A stretch of 64,000 bases of DNA from a virus. A program made the position numbers and the translations under genes. The stretch is taken from IMG/VR virus record IMGVR_UViG_3300045988_140636; one strand, written 5' to 3'. Shown here piece by piece: positions 42,961 to 52,716 of the stretch. Below the pieces are notes generated by a model. It did no database searches. It saw nothing but the letters and a program-made list of their open reading frames with translations, and was not told where the DNA came from. Numbering within the stretch: the first letter of the stretch is position 1; every line of letters begins with the position of its first letter.

Positions 42961-43110
42961 GTGAAAGTTGTCATTAATTAATTTGATTACTAATTATAGT
43001 ATGAAGAAATAAGAGATCAATTTATATATTTACATCTAACCTCTTAAGATACTTATATCAATCCACTTTACTAGAATAAGGTAACATTTTGAATTCTTAT
43101 TTGACTTTAA

Positions 43111-43157
43111 GAGAAAAAAAATTACTAAGGGAGTAACAGGATTTCTCCGTTACTCCC
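43111..43157 (-). terminator. rho-independent terminator for gene 43199-43825 (gggagtaac ... gttactccc with T-run on minus strand)
   Basis: 9-bp perfect stem; on minus strand followed by tttttttt. Confidence 0.6.
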
Positions 43158-43198
43158 ATTTGAAAACTTTCTAACATGGTCAAGAAGAGGTGTAAAGA

Positions 43199-43825
43199 TT
43201 ACTCTACCACATATTTTACTCCATTATAAATGAGATGTGAAATCGTATTTATATTTACATATCTCTCTCCGGTCTCTTTCTCTGTTCTTTTAATGTCCAT
43301 ATCCATACATTTATATTTACCATCTCTTGAAACGAATTGCATCTTGTAACCTCTTAGTACTCTATCCTCTCCTTCAATATAATCCTTTACAGGATTGTTT
43401 TGAATGAATTCTAGAGCTTCCTTGTAGGCTACAGCCATGGATTTCTTTTGTCTTTTAGCTTTATCTATTAACGCAATAGCCTCAGCTCTTTGAGATTCTC
43501 TCTCAGACTCAAACTGTTTCTTAGCCTTAGCCTTGTCTTGTTTCTTGAAGACCACAGTGAATACCTCAGAGGACTTAATACCTTCAAAGATAGTTCTTAT
43601 ACCCGGAGTACCATCTTTCTTATCTTCCTTAGTAACCTTTACTTCTTTTTCATACTGGTCAGAAGTATTGAGCATATCATAAATATATGCATTGCTCAGA
43701 CTTACAGTCTTACCACTCTCAAGATGTTCAAATACAACACTATCCTTCTTTATTTCTTTTACAATGTAATGAGACTCTTCTGAGAAGACGTCACCTACTT
43801 CAATTTCTGTAAGATTTATTTTCAT
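43199..43825 (-). CDS. hypothetical protein (208 aa)
   Basis: ORF. Confidence 0.35.
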   Translation of the reverse strand: MKINLTEIEVGDVFSEESHYIVKEIKKDSVVFEHLESGKTVSLSNAYIYDMLNTSDQYEKEVKVTKEDKKDGTPGIRTIFEGIKSSEVFTVVFKKQDKAKAKKQFESERESQRAEAIALIDKAKRQKKSMAVAYKEALEFIQNNPVKDYIEGEDRVLRGYKMQFVSRDGKYKCMDMDIKRTEKETGERYVNINTISHLIYNGVKYVVE

Positions 43826-43837
43826 GTTTTTATTATT

Positions 43838-44590
43838 TTAGTATATTATTTCTTTTAAATAAGCTGCATATACAGCAGTCATTTCAATATCACCACTTGC
43901 TTCAAAGCTATCCATAGTAGTCTTATAAAGACCTCTTGTCTTTTCCCCTCCTCTTGCTAATGCAGCAGCTTCGACCAGCTGTGAAGTCTTTGAGCTTGTG
44001 CTGAATGGAACACTCACACCTTTAGTAATACTTGAGAGTTCCTTATACCACGTAGCTCCTATAGTTAAGGTATCAAACTTGATTCCTTTTTCAGCAGCTT
44101 TTTTAGCTTCCTCTCTCCAATCAATTTGATTATTAATCACTTTATCTCCATAATTATATCCCACTTCATGTGGTGATGCATCTGCAATGAGAAGAACTGC
44201 TTTGATAGAACCTTCTCTCCAGTTAGTTTCCTCTACTATCTTCTTGATAACAAGTTCATAGAATTCATCTGAATCACCTCCATATGTGTTTTCGACACTA
44301 TTAATAAACTCTATAAGTGTAGCCTCATTATTAGTAAGCTCACATACTTGATACGCCTTACCAAATACATCTTTTCTTGGCATATCAAAATAATCACCAA
44401 AGGCCACTACTCCTATCTTCAAGTTAGGATTCTGCTTAAGAAGTTTAGGAATCAGTTCCTTTACATATAACTTAACTGCATTGATGTAAGCCCTCATAGA
44501 GCCAGTAGTATCAAATGCAATCACCATATCAAGCACACCATCATTTAAAGGTGATTTTGTATCTTTTTTCTTAACTAAATTCGTTCTCAT
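43838..44590 (-). CDS. von Willebrand factor A (vWA) domain protein
   Basis: MIDAS-like DTTGSM motif in VIAFDTTGSMRAYI and vWA-like hydrophobic pattern. Confidence 0.5.
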   Translation of the reverse strand: MRTNLVKKKDTKSPLNDGVLDMVIAFDTTGSMRAYINAVKLYVKELIPKLLKQNPNLKIGVVAFGDYFDMPRKDVFGKAYQVCELTNNEATLIEFINSVENTYGGDSDEFYELVIKKIVEETNWREGSIKAVLLIADASPHEVGYNYGDKVINNQIDWREEAKKAAEKGIKFDTLTIGATWYKELSSITKGVSVPFSTSSKTSQLVEAAALARGGEKTRGLYKTTMDSFEASGDIEMTAVYAAYLKEIIY

Positions 44591-44765
44591 ATTCTTTTTC
44601 TACTAAATACATTTCATCATTTTCAGCATCATATGCGACAGCAGAGTTATAGGGAGTAAACTTGTGAGCCCAACAGAATTGAACAAAATTAAAAATATTT
44701 GAAAAGCAGAATATTTTAGGATTATCCTGCAGCCAGGCTTCTCTTAATTTATCTATATTCATCAT
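44571..44765 (-). CDS. hypothetical small protein (64 aa)
   Basis: ORF overlapping neighbours. Confidence 0.25.
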   Translation of the reverse strand: MMNIDKLREAWLQDNPKIFCFSNIFNFVQFCWAHKFTPYNSAVAYDAENDEMYLVEKEYENEFS

Positions 44766-45598
44766 ACCAGTCCTCTTTTAATAAATTCTTGTCTTAATGG
44801 CTCTATTAGTTCTACTACAGTAGGATGAGGATTACCTGTTCTAGCTATTTCACTTCTTAAATCAAAGAAATGTTTGTAGTCAGAAATAAATCCAGTCATA
44901 ATAATTTCTGCTTTAGTCCCCTGAATTAAGAAATATGCAGCTTGTTGAGGTTGCCACCCTTTCTTAATCCACTTGAAATATAAAGACTCAATAACTCTTA
45001 AATCTTCTTCAAATTCTAATTCCTCTTCTTCTTTTAACCATATAGGAGTAGCGAATGATATACTGGAGCCAAATTTTTGCTTCATATAATTACAGAACCG
45101 AGTGGACTCAATAGCCCAGGAGAATACCCTATGCCTTGTAATATCTTTATAGAAGTGAATATCAGATACATATCTTACACAGACTCTCTTCTCATGGTAC
45201 TCTGTAGGCTCACAGATATACTGCAAGTCACCAAGCCAATCATTTTCTACTAACACTCTGAGATTAGTAGTAACAGCTACTCTCCTCTGACCATTAACTT
45301 CACATACCTTGAATCCTTTTGAATAAGGATTCTTAGTATATTTACCCCAGCCATTAGCTTCTATAGGTATTATAGTCTCCATAGGCATAGCTAGATACAC
45401 TGTACCATGCTCCAACATAGCACCATGACCAGACTTAATCATTCTATCTACAAATGGCTTGGCTGAGTTCTCTGTAATCTTATCTTCAGACTTATAACAG
45501 GTTCTTCCAGCTCTTTCTATGGCTTTGTATATTCCATCTATCCCAGATTCCTGTTCTAAGATTTCCCATGAAGGTTTAATTAATTCCATATACAACAA
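44762..45598 (-). CDS. thyX: flavin-dependent thymidylate synthase ThyX
   Basis: ThyX signature RHRVFSWAIES (RHRX7S) and length 278 aa. Confidence 0.75.
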   Translation of the reverse strand: MLYMELIKPSWEILEQESGIDGIYKAIERAGRTCYKSEDKITENSAKPFVDRMIKSGHGAMLEHGTVYLAMPMETIIPIEANGWGKYTKNPYSKGFKVCEVNGQRRVAVTTNLRVLVENDWLGDLQYICEPTEYHEKRVCVRYVSDIHFYKDITRHRVFSWAIESTRFCNYMKQKFGSSISFATPIWLKEEEELEFEEDLRVIESLYFKWIKKGWQPQQAAYFLIQGTKAEIIMTGFISDYKHFFDLRSEIARTGNPHPTVVELIEPLRQEFIKRGLV

Positions 45599-45844
45599 TT
45601 ATTGATAAATAAATTCTACTAGCTTCTCCTTTGATACCATTCCAGACAACTTTCTTAAAAGATTACCTTCATTGTCTGTAATTAATAGTGTAGGGAGTGA
45701 TTTAATATTATATTTGAGAGAGAGTCCTTCTCCATCCATAGAGTCTATATTAACACTTTCATGTTCAATATTACACTCTTTCAATAACTTTTCTAACTCT
45801 TTACATGGTCCACACCAATCAGCATATATCTTTATTACTTTCAT
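45599..45844 (-). CDS. thioredoxin
   Basis: WCGPC active site in KIYADWCGPCKEL; 81 aa. Confidence 0.8.
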   Translation of the reverse strand: MKVIKIYADWCGPCKELEKLLKECNIEHESVNIDSMDGEGLSLKYNIKSLPTLLITDNEGNLLRKLSGMVSKEKLVEFIYQ

Positions 45845-46289
45845 CTATCTCCTCCTCTTCTGCAATATCCTCTATTTCCATACAATCTTCACACCAGTAT
45901 TCATTATTTGCCCAATCTTCCTGTGCAAATTCTAAAGTATTAGCATCTACCCATGCATGCTTCAGAATATTTGTACCTCCACAATTATTACAATGTAAAG
46001 GTCTTACATTATCTTTACAGTTTCTCTCTTTTAGAGATTTTAATATTAACTCCCTAGGTTCTTCATCTTCCCATTTTACTTCCGGGAACATATTACCATC
46101 AATCTCAGAACAATGAAAAGTCCCGTCCATTACCCACCAAGAATTTTCTAATTTCTTTGGCTTCTTATCGAATATGAACAAACTGCCATATTTATCTCTT
46201 GCTATCCACATAACTTTATTCTTTTTTTTAATAATTTCATCACTAATAAAAGCAATAAAAATTTCTTCATATTTACTCCTCCCACTCAA
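45819..46289 (-). CDS. hypothetical protein with C-terminal zinc-ribbon-like CNNCGG...CEDC
   Basis: ORF; paired CxxC motifs. Confidence 0.3.
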   Translation of the reverse strand: MSGRSKYEEIFIAFISDEIIKKKNKVMWIARDKYGSLFIFDKKPKKLENSWWVMDGTFHCSEIDGNMFPEVKWEDEEPRELILKSLKERNCKDNVRPLHCNNCGGTNILKHAWVDANTLEFAQEDWANNEYWCEDCMEIEDIAEEEEIDESNKDIC

Positions 46290-47007
46290 TTTTAGTTGTA
46301 TTGATATAATTTCCCAGTGATTTTGTTATCCCTTGTATTGCTTCTTCTTTTGAAGGAAAAATAGTATTACTACTATATCTATCACCTACTCTTGGATTAG
46401 TGTATATATTTACATATCCCTCTTTCTTTTCGATAAGCATCATAAGGTCAGTACCCTGTGTTTCATAAATTCTGGCTTTTCCATCTTTATCACATGCACT
46501 AATCATTTCTTCACCATTCTCATATTCTATAAGAGCAACAATGGGATATTCCCAGTTTCTATCAAAGCAAATAATCCTTGCCTTTCTACCATCACGAGTA
46601 CATACTGGCTTGCCATCTTTGGCTGCTTCAAGGTCAAAGGGTTTAAGATTTAATTTCTTTTCTTCCATATCTTCTTTGTTTTGTTTGATTTCTATTGCTA
46701 TTCTTCCATTTTGACAATCCATCATAACTACATGTCTATTGTCATCGTAGATATAACTTGCATTTGCAAGGATGTATTCTTGGACTATTATGATACCCAT
46801 ACCTCGAATAAAGTATTCGTAAGGCTCTCCTACCTTTTCAAGTTTCTTGAATATGACATTCTTCTTATCACTTCTACATGTACAATGCGGATTATTAGCA
46901 ATGCAAATATTCTTATCATAAAAGGCACATTTATAACATCCTGTTCCTTCCACGCACTGATACCACTCACCGTTGTACTCAAATATTTCTCCTACTTGTC
47001 TTTCCAT
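46273..47007 (-). CDS. cysteine-rich hypothetical protein (244 aa)
   Basis: ORF. Confidence 0.3.
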   Translation of the reverse strand: MERQVGEIFEYNGEWYQCVEGTGCYKCAFYDKNICIANNPHCTCRSDKKNVIFKKLEKVGEPYEYFIRGMGIIIVQEYILANASYIYDDNRHVVMMDCQNGRIAIEIKQNKEDMEEKKLNLKPFDLEAAKDGKPVCTRDGRKARIICFDRNWEYPIVALIEYENGEEMISACDKDGKARIYETQGTDLMMLIEKKEGYVNIYTNPRVGDRYSSNTIFPSKEEAIQGITKSLGNYINTTKIEWEE

Positions 47008-47104
47008 ATCTTTATCCTTTCATTCGTCCTAAAAATTCCAAGTACAGCACATTATGTACTTCACCTGTCGATTTAATTTTTGCTTTCATTTCTTTATTAT
47101 ATCA

Positions 47105-47416
47105 TCAACATTTCTTAATTTCTACTTCTAGACTATCTACCTTCCACTCATTTAAATTACCTTTATCTGGTAGTATAATTTGGTCTCTTACTGCTCCTTC
47201 TATATCACACTCTGAGTAGTCTATATCTTCGAAGTAATCCCCATCTTCATCTACTCCTGAATCCACTATTGTATAGTCATCTACCCATATCGACACTATC
47301 TTACTTAATGTTATAATAGCTTCAACCTCAATTTTCCTACTTGAATTTGATTTCATATTCCATGGGGAATGATCATTATGTTCCACTCCTTCTGGATAAT
47401 ATCCACTTTCAGTCAT
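47105..47416 (-). CDS. acidic small protein downstream of HicA-like gene (possible antitoxin partner, not HicB-like by sequence)
   Basis: 8-nt overlap with HicA-like ORF; D/E-rich. Confidence 0.3.
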   Translation of the reverse strand: MTESGYYPEGVEHNDHSPWNMKSNSSRKIEVEAIITLSKIVSIWVDDYTIVDSGVDEDGDYFEDIDYSECDIEGAVRDQIILPDKGNLNEWKVDSLEVEIKKC

Positions 47417-47621
47417 TTCTTCTTTTCTTTAGGTTCGTATCTAGGTTATTCTCCTTAATCAACCTCCTAATAATCACGTCCTTAATGTTCTTCGGGATGC
47501 TGATATGCCTCCCTTCACTATTTATGTAAATAGAATGGCTTCCATTACATCTATCATAATAGAAGCCATTACTCTCTACCATTTTAATAAATTCTCTCCT
47601 TGTATATTGTTTTCTTTGCAT
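47409..47621 (-). CDS. hicA: HicA-like (YcfA family) mRNA interferase toxin domain protein
   Basis: REFIKMVESNGF...NGSHSIYINSEGRHISIPKN...IRRLIKE aligns with HicA pattern EFxxWLESxG...GSxH...GRRxxxP...I(L/R)K. Confidence 0.5.
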   Translation of the reverse strand: MQRKQYTRREFIKMVESNGFYYDRCNGSHSIYINSEGRHISIPKNIKDVIIRRLIKENNLDTNLKKRRND

Positions 47622-47637
47622 GGAATCTTTTTAAAAT

Positions 47638-48051
47638 CTACAAAATTCCTCTCATCTTTAGTAAAATCTCTACTCCATTCCAATCCACATAGGGTAATGT
47701 ACTATATTCATCATGCTTTAGTGGTATCCCAAGAGCACTATCATCTATATAAATATGTGCAAATATCTTTTTAGAGGAAGTCCAATTATGTTGGGTAGGA
47801 TTTTCATTGACACCATATAGAGGAATCTCGTTTTTACGAAACCAATCAATAGCTTCCTGAAGAGTATCCACAAGTCTAACACCCTCATTGGTAACACATT
47901 TATTGTTACAGTGACTCCTCATAGTATATAAGATAATTTGATGTTCTTTCTCTACTAGTTTTCTCAATACAGGTATTGCACCTATATCTTTACCTATTTT
48001 AGGGAACTCATGAGTTACACAAGTTCCATCAAAATCTACTGCTATTACCAT
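47638..48051 (-). CDS. HAD-superfamily phosphatase-like protein (nucleotidase candidate)
   Basis: N-terminal DxDGT motif (VIAVDFDGTCV) and YIDDS motif near C-terminus. Confidence 0.45.
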   Translation of the reverse strand: MVIAVDFDGTCVTHEFPKIGKDIGAIPVLRKLVEKEHQIILYTMRSHCNNKCVTNEGVRLVDTLQEAIDWFRKNEIPLYGVNENPTQHNWTSSKKIFAHIYIDDSALGIPLKHDEYSTLPYVDWNGVEILLKMRGIL

Positions 48052-48351
48052 CTACTTCCCTCCTTCGTTACTAGTTAGATATTCTATTTCAAATTCAGAT
48101 TTAGGAATCTCAAAGCAACAGTGAGTCCCAAATTCAACCCATCTTAGTTTATATCCCAAGGATTCAAGCCTTCTAGATAAAGGTGCTTTAGTACTAATGA
48201 TATTCACAAACTTATTATTTCCCATATAGTTTAATCCATTATTTCCTGTACCGTAGGCTTTCCCTATCTTAGACAAATTAGGTCTACCAGGCTTATAGTA
48301 AAGCCCAGTAGCCTTGTGTTTTATTCTATACGGAATCATTACCAGTTTCAT
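48052..48351 (-). CDS. hypothetical protein (99 aa)
   Basis: ORF. Confidence 0.3.
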   Translation of the reverse strand: MKLVMIPYRIKHKATGLYYKPGRPNLSKIGKAYGTGNNGLNYMGNNKFVNIISTKAPLSRRLESLGYKLRWVEFGTHCCFEIPKSEFEIEYLTSNEGGK

Positions 48352-48754
48352 TTTTATCCAACCACATCACAGTCATTATACAATATGAAGCTAAATCAAG
48401 AAGAGTGTCTCTGATAGACTCATCTTTAACCATAGCCTTCTTGTTAATTAATGATTCTAGTCTATTCATCTTATCTCCCATTCTTACCAGACCTGCTATA
48501 AGTCCAAACTTATTGAGAGAGCAATCAAAGGAATTACCATAATCATGGTTCTTAGCTGCATAAACTTTAGCCATATTGGTAGTTATATCCATAAAGGAAT
48601 CTACACTACTGTCCAGTTCCGGTCTTTGTCCTAAAATTTTCAGTTCATTCATTACAGATCTTATGGGATCTAAAGCCTCTATAGATACTCCTGCCCTTAT
48701 AGCATTTTCAAGTTTATCTATAAGATCTTTATACACTTTATTAATTTTTACCAT
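48326..48754 (-). CDS. MazG-like nucleotide pyrophosphohydrolase candidate
   Basis: KNHDYGNSF...GL(I)AGLVRMGDKMNRLESL resembles all-alpha NTP-PPase (MazG/HisE-like) motif. Confidence 0.35.
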   Translation of the reverse strand: MVKINKVYKDLIDKLENAIRAGVSIEALDPIRSVMNELKILGQRPELDSSVDSFMDITTNMAKVYAAKNHDYGNSFDCSLNKFGLIAGLVRMGDKMNRLESLINKKAMVKDESIRDTLLDLASYCIMTVMWLDKNETGNDSV

Positions 48755-48791
48755 TTCCTTAATTTATTTTTTTTTTACTATATTATCTTAA

Positions 48792-49109
48792 TTAATGAAC
48801 CCAGTAGGTTGGAAGAGGACCATTGTCATCAAGATATTCTCTATAGCTCTTTGGTAAGTCCTTTATTTTATAAGACTGATTAGTTCTGATATTTACTAGA
48901 ACATCTTCTCCCATAGAGGCTATAACATCGCCCTTAACCATGATCTTCTCTCCATTAAATTCAAAGTCTCCTATACATAATTTATGTCTGGACACGTCTA
49001 CATCCAACTTTACCCTGTGAACAAAATATGCTCCAGCTTTAACCATTATATCATATAGTACTTTAGCTATATCTTCCGCTATCTCTTCTGGAGCTTCACA
49101 GTTGATTTC
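48792..49109 (-). CDS. family A DNA polymerase, exon 2 (begins with E of motif C: EINCEAPEEIA...; ends ...TYWVH*); ORF-track start 49112 is a GTG at the intron 3' end
   Basis: Alignment to T7/Klenow segment after HDE (EIQVGCRTEEIAQVV / ELVFEVHKDDVDAVAK); intron ends ...taacatatgtg| at 49110. Confidence 0.65.
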   Translation of the reverse strand, partial: EINCEAPEEIAEDIAKVLYDIMVKAGAYFVHRVKLDVDVSRHKLCIGDFEFNGEKIMVKGDVIASMGEDVLVNIRTNQSYKIKDLPKSYREYLDDNGPLPTYWVH

Positions 49110-49973
49110 CACATATGTTACGAATATGTCGATTCCACATATTCTCTTTAGATTTCTCTAAAGGTCGGACTATATCTTATAAAAATCTCCACATATAGGC
49201 TAGTTGCCCATTGGTTAGATTTCTATCAGTGCTTTTCAGCTGCTCTTGCAGCTTACTCCATTTCTGGATAGTCTCTGAACTCCATAATTTATAAGAGTAA
49301 CAATTAATAGGATATTTAGCTAATATAGAATGAATAATATAGGCTCCCTCATATTTATTTATTCCTAAATAATATAATGGTCTGCTATGATTATTATCTA
49401 CTCTTACTTTAGCTTTTACTCCTATACTCTCAAAGAAAGGAATAAATACATTTTCTTGAATATTCAGAGAAAATTTCTGAGTATTAAGGTTGTAATATAA
49501 GTCCCTCTTATGAAGGCTCCCATCATCATAGAACCACAATGCTAAACCTAACTCATCAAGATTACTCACTACTTCTTCTATAGGGAGTTCCTTGATTAAT
49601 TTAAGTGAAAACCAAGCTCCTCCATAATAAGTATATATGGGAGTTTGGTTATAACCATTGCTGTCTACATGATTTATTTTGCCTTTACCAATTAATTGTT
49701 TTTTATACTCTAAGTATTCCTTATGCTTACAATTGGATGTATATATAGTACTACCACTATTAGTAGTAGATATGCAACCATCCCCTAATATAGCAGTAAG
49801 AAAAACCTGAGTTTGCTCTCTTGTAAAATCATAAAGCTGCTTATTGCCTATTTCTCTTAAGTTACTTAAAATCATATTTAATACTTTTACTAGTTTATTA
49901 TTACAATAATTCAGTGATTAAATCTTTAAGGGTTTCAAGCAATTAACACTGTTTTACTACAACAAAATTACTT
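49110..49973 (-). ncRNA. group I intron with LAGLIDADG homing endonuclease, inserted in DNA polymerase motif C
   Basis: S element aagatatagtccgacc (49177-49160 on minus strand), P-like gtgttaattgcttgaaaccc near 5' end, P9 hairpins; 5' splice after t (tacgat|aag), 3' splice after g. Confidence 0.65.
49177..49875 (-). CDS. LAGLIDADG homing endonuclease (double-motif), intron-encoded
   Basis: Two LAGLIDADG-like motifs: FLTAILGDGCI and LALWFYDDGSL. Confidence 0.75.
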   Translation of the reverse strand: MILSNLREIGNKQLYDFTREQTQVFLTAILGDGCISTTNSGSTIYTSNCKHKEYLEYKKQLIGKGKINHVDSNGYNQTPIYTYYGGAWFSLKLIKELPIEEVVSNLDELGLALWFYDDGSLHKRDLYYNLNTQKFSLNIQENVFIPFFESIGVKAKVRVDNNHSRPLYYLGINKYEGAYIIHSILAKYPINCYSYKLWSSETIQKWSKLQEQLKSTDRNLTNGQLAYMWRFL

Positions 49974-51938
49974 ATCGTAGGGTGTTACAGTAATTAACAC
50001 CTTGAATAATAAGTCATTACGTCTTAAGTATTCAAAAAAGTTTATCATACTCACCTTATAACACAATGCTCCAGTATGCTGTATAGGATAATTAACGGAT
50101 TGCCTATCAGAATCAGACTTCCTCTTAAAGAACTCTTTTACCATCTGCACCGTATCACATTTAGGAGCATCTATTTTCATTTCCCTATAGTAATCCCAAA
50201 ACCTAGGTTCCTTAAACTTTACTTGTAGCTTCCTAAGATAGTTCCAATCATAGATATAGGCTCTATATCCAACTTTAGGATTAAGGTCTATATAGCCTTT
50301 ACTGAACCAGTCCTTCTTTCTGAACTCAATATATCTTTTAAGACCATTAAAACCTTTCATATAATTGTCATATATCTCTTTAGCTCTTTTAGCTGTAAGC
50401 CCGAAGTTTCTCATAATGGTGTTGTCATTACCAGCGTAATTAAAAGCAAACTCATAACCTTTAGCCTCACTTCTCAACTTATGATACTGCTTCTTAACTT
50501 CTTTGGCAGGCATATCTTTAGGAATTTCAGGAAATACTATCTTCGCAGTTAGTGTATGTAAGTCCTTCTCACCATAGGTAAGCTCTCTAATCATCTCCTT
50601 ATCATCAGCTACATCAGCCATGATAAATGATTCTTGCCCTGAGTAATCGGCACTTATCCATTTATTGCCACTTTCAGCTATGAAACAAGCCCTAGTCCTA
50701 GCATCAGCAGGCATATTAAGCATATTTACGTACTCAACCTTAGCTGACTTGTCCTTACCTCCTGAGCTTATTCTTGCTGTATCAGTACCCAATGAGTTAA
50801 AGTTGGTATATAGCCTTCCAGTATCCCTATCTATCTGTTTAAGTACATTTGCCCCATAGGTACTGCACAGCTTCTTCATTTCCTTATACCTTATATATAA
50901 GGGAATAAGACCACACTTATCCTTCTGAGGAGCCAATACCTTAGCTCCTATACTATCCTTATCCTCTCCTTCATCTTTGTCAAGAGAAGTTGTATCAACC
51001 CCATATTTCTTAAATAAAGGAATAACTTGTTTGGAGCTATTCCAATTAAGAACCACTTGGGGTTCAGTATTAAAACCTGAGAATAAACTACCTTGCCTAT
51101 CTATTTTAATATACTTTGAATTGGGCTCATGCTCTATAAGCCATCTGTCCATTTCACCTTTAATGCTATCAAGAATAGATTGATCATGTTTCATTTTTTT
51201 CTGCCATTTATCTGTATCCATCTTTATGCCACAATAGCACATATAAGCAATAGGAAGTATAGCCCTGTTCTCATACTCCATAGCAGTAAGAAGTCCTTGC
51301 TTCTCTAATTGTTTCAATTGTAATTCTTGTATTTTCTCAAGATATTTTACATCATTGGCAGCATAGACTATGACATCTTCTGTAAGACCTTTATAGATGA
51401 TTTGCCCTCTTATGGATTTATCGAGCTCTACTCCAAGATACATTTCACCTAGCTTTTTCAGATTCATATATAGAACATATTTAGCTTTTGAACTTTTTTT
51501 ACTAGGGTCTGCCGGTACATAGTCATATCTAGGACATTGTATCTTATCCCATACTTCTGGACTTAATACAGTAGGGTAACCTAACCACATTAGTTTCTCT
51601 GCTAGAAACAAGTCATAGACATTACGAGGAACTATATGGTATTTATAAAGCCACTGTAGATCAAATTTGGCATTATGAAATAAGAAAAGCCTATCAGATT
51701 CAAGATAGTTTTCATATAAAGTAATATCTGTAGTAAGACAATCTATTACTACTTGAAAATCAAAGCACCCTAATTGCAATGACAAGAGCTTATCCTTATG
51801 ACAACTTAATCCACTAGTCTCGGTATCAACTCCTACAATTCTAAGAGGTTTAAGTAGGGATAGACTCTCGTCTACCCCTATTATTTTGTACTTCTCAGGT
51901 TCAAATAATTCTATATTTTTCGTAACTACATATATCAT
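49974..51938 (-). CDS. family A DNA polymerase, exon 1 (3'-5' exonuclease DxE motif GVDTETSGL, motif A DYSGQESFIMA, motif B RSEAKGYEFAFNYAG, ends ...TVTPYD)
   Basis: Conserved PolA motifs in order; ORF stop lies 2 codons inside intron. Confidence 0.7.
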
Positions 51939-52207
51939 TATTCAAATATTATAATATGTCCATACCCTATTGAATAAATAATAGACTTAACAACTGCTCC
52001 AGCTTCTTTCAGGAACTCTCCTTCTATTATCATGGGGCCTCCTGGCGGAGAAATAAATCTCTTAGTCTCTTCTACATACCCAGATTTCACATTTATATAA
52101 TCATGCTTTAATACATAGGTTTTGGAATCTTTTCCACTCATATTCTTGAGTTTTCTTAGACAATTATCTATTCCTCCCCTAGAATTAAGTTTTATTATGT
52201 TATCCAT
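51938..52207 (-). CDS. hypothetical protein (89 aa)
   Basis: ORF. Confidence 0.3.
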   Translation of the reverse strand: MDNIIKLNSRGGIDNCLRKLKNMSGKDSKTYVLKHDYINVKSGYVEETKRFISPPGGPMIIEGEFLKEAGAVVKSIIYSIGYGHIIIFE

Positions 52208-52695
52208 TATTTCATATATGCTATCAAGTTTTCGAAATCAATGACATACTTATATTTTTCAAAGAATCTACTTCCTAAGATTCCATGAAATTGTACACCG
52301 GATTCTTGCTTAATCACTTTAAACGCTGCATCTAAGTCAGCTATATTAAACTCTTCTTCAAATCTTTTTCTCTTATATGTTACTGTAATTCTGCAAGAGC
52401 CAGTACTAACTTCATTCCCTTCAAATCCTATCACACTAGATTCTCCATCAATGATTTCATGGTCTAGAAGAGGTAAAACAGAACTGTTTATATAGGATAA
52501 ATTACTACCTGTGTCCAATAGAAAATTTAATTTCTTTCTATTACAGTTAAATGTTGCTACTGGTAGCTCTGTTAAATCCATAGATTCTTTAAAGGAGATT
52601 TTACTATTGTTTCTATTCCTTACTTCCATGATGGTATTAGCAATAAAAGCTACTGCTAATACCATTAATATCACGATTATTATATCTAATATCAT
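52207..52695 (-). CDS. membrane-anchored protein with retropepsin-like aspartic protease signature (LLDTGSNLSYI)
   Basis: N-terminal TM helix; hydrophobic-hydrophobic-D-T-G-S motif typical of clan AA aspartic peptidases. Confidence 0.35.
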   Translation of the reverse strand: MILDIIIVILMVLAVAFIANTIMEVRNRNNSKISFKESMDLTELPVATFNCNRKKLNFLLDTGSNLSYINSSVLPLLDHEIIDGESSVIGFEGNEVSTGSCRITVTYKRKRFEEEFNIADLDAAFKVIKQESGVQFHGILGSRFFEKYKYVIDFENLIAYMK

Positions 52696-52716
52696 GCCTC
52701 ATAATTTTTTTAGTTA

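Noticed and set aside
43838-45844. vWA protein, ThyX and thioredoxin as a coordinated defence/anti-defence system
   Set aside because: ThyX and thioredoxin are standard phage nucleotide-metabolism accessories and the vWA gene has no adjacent ATPase or protease partner; treated as ordinary genes.
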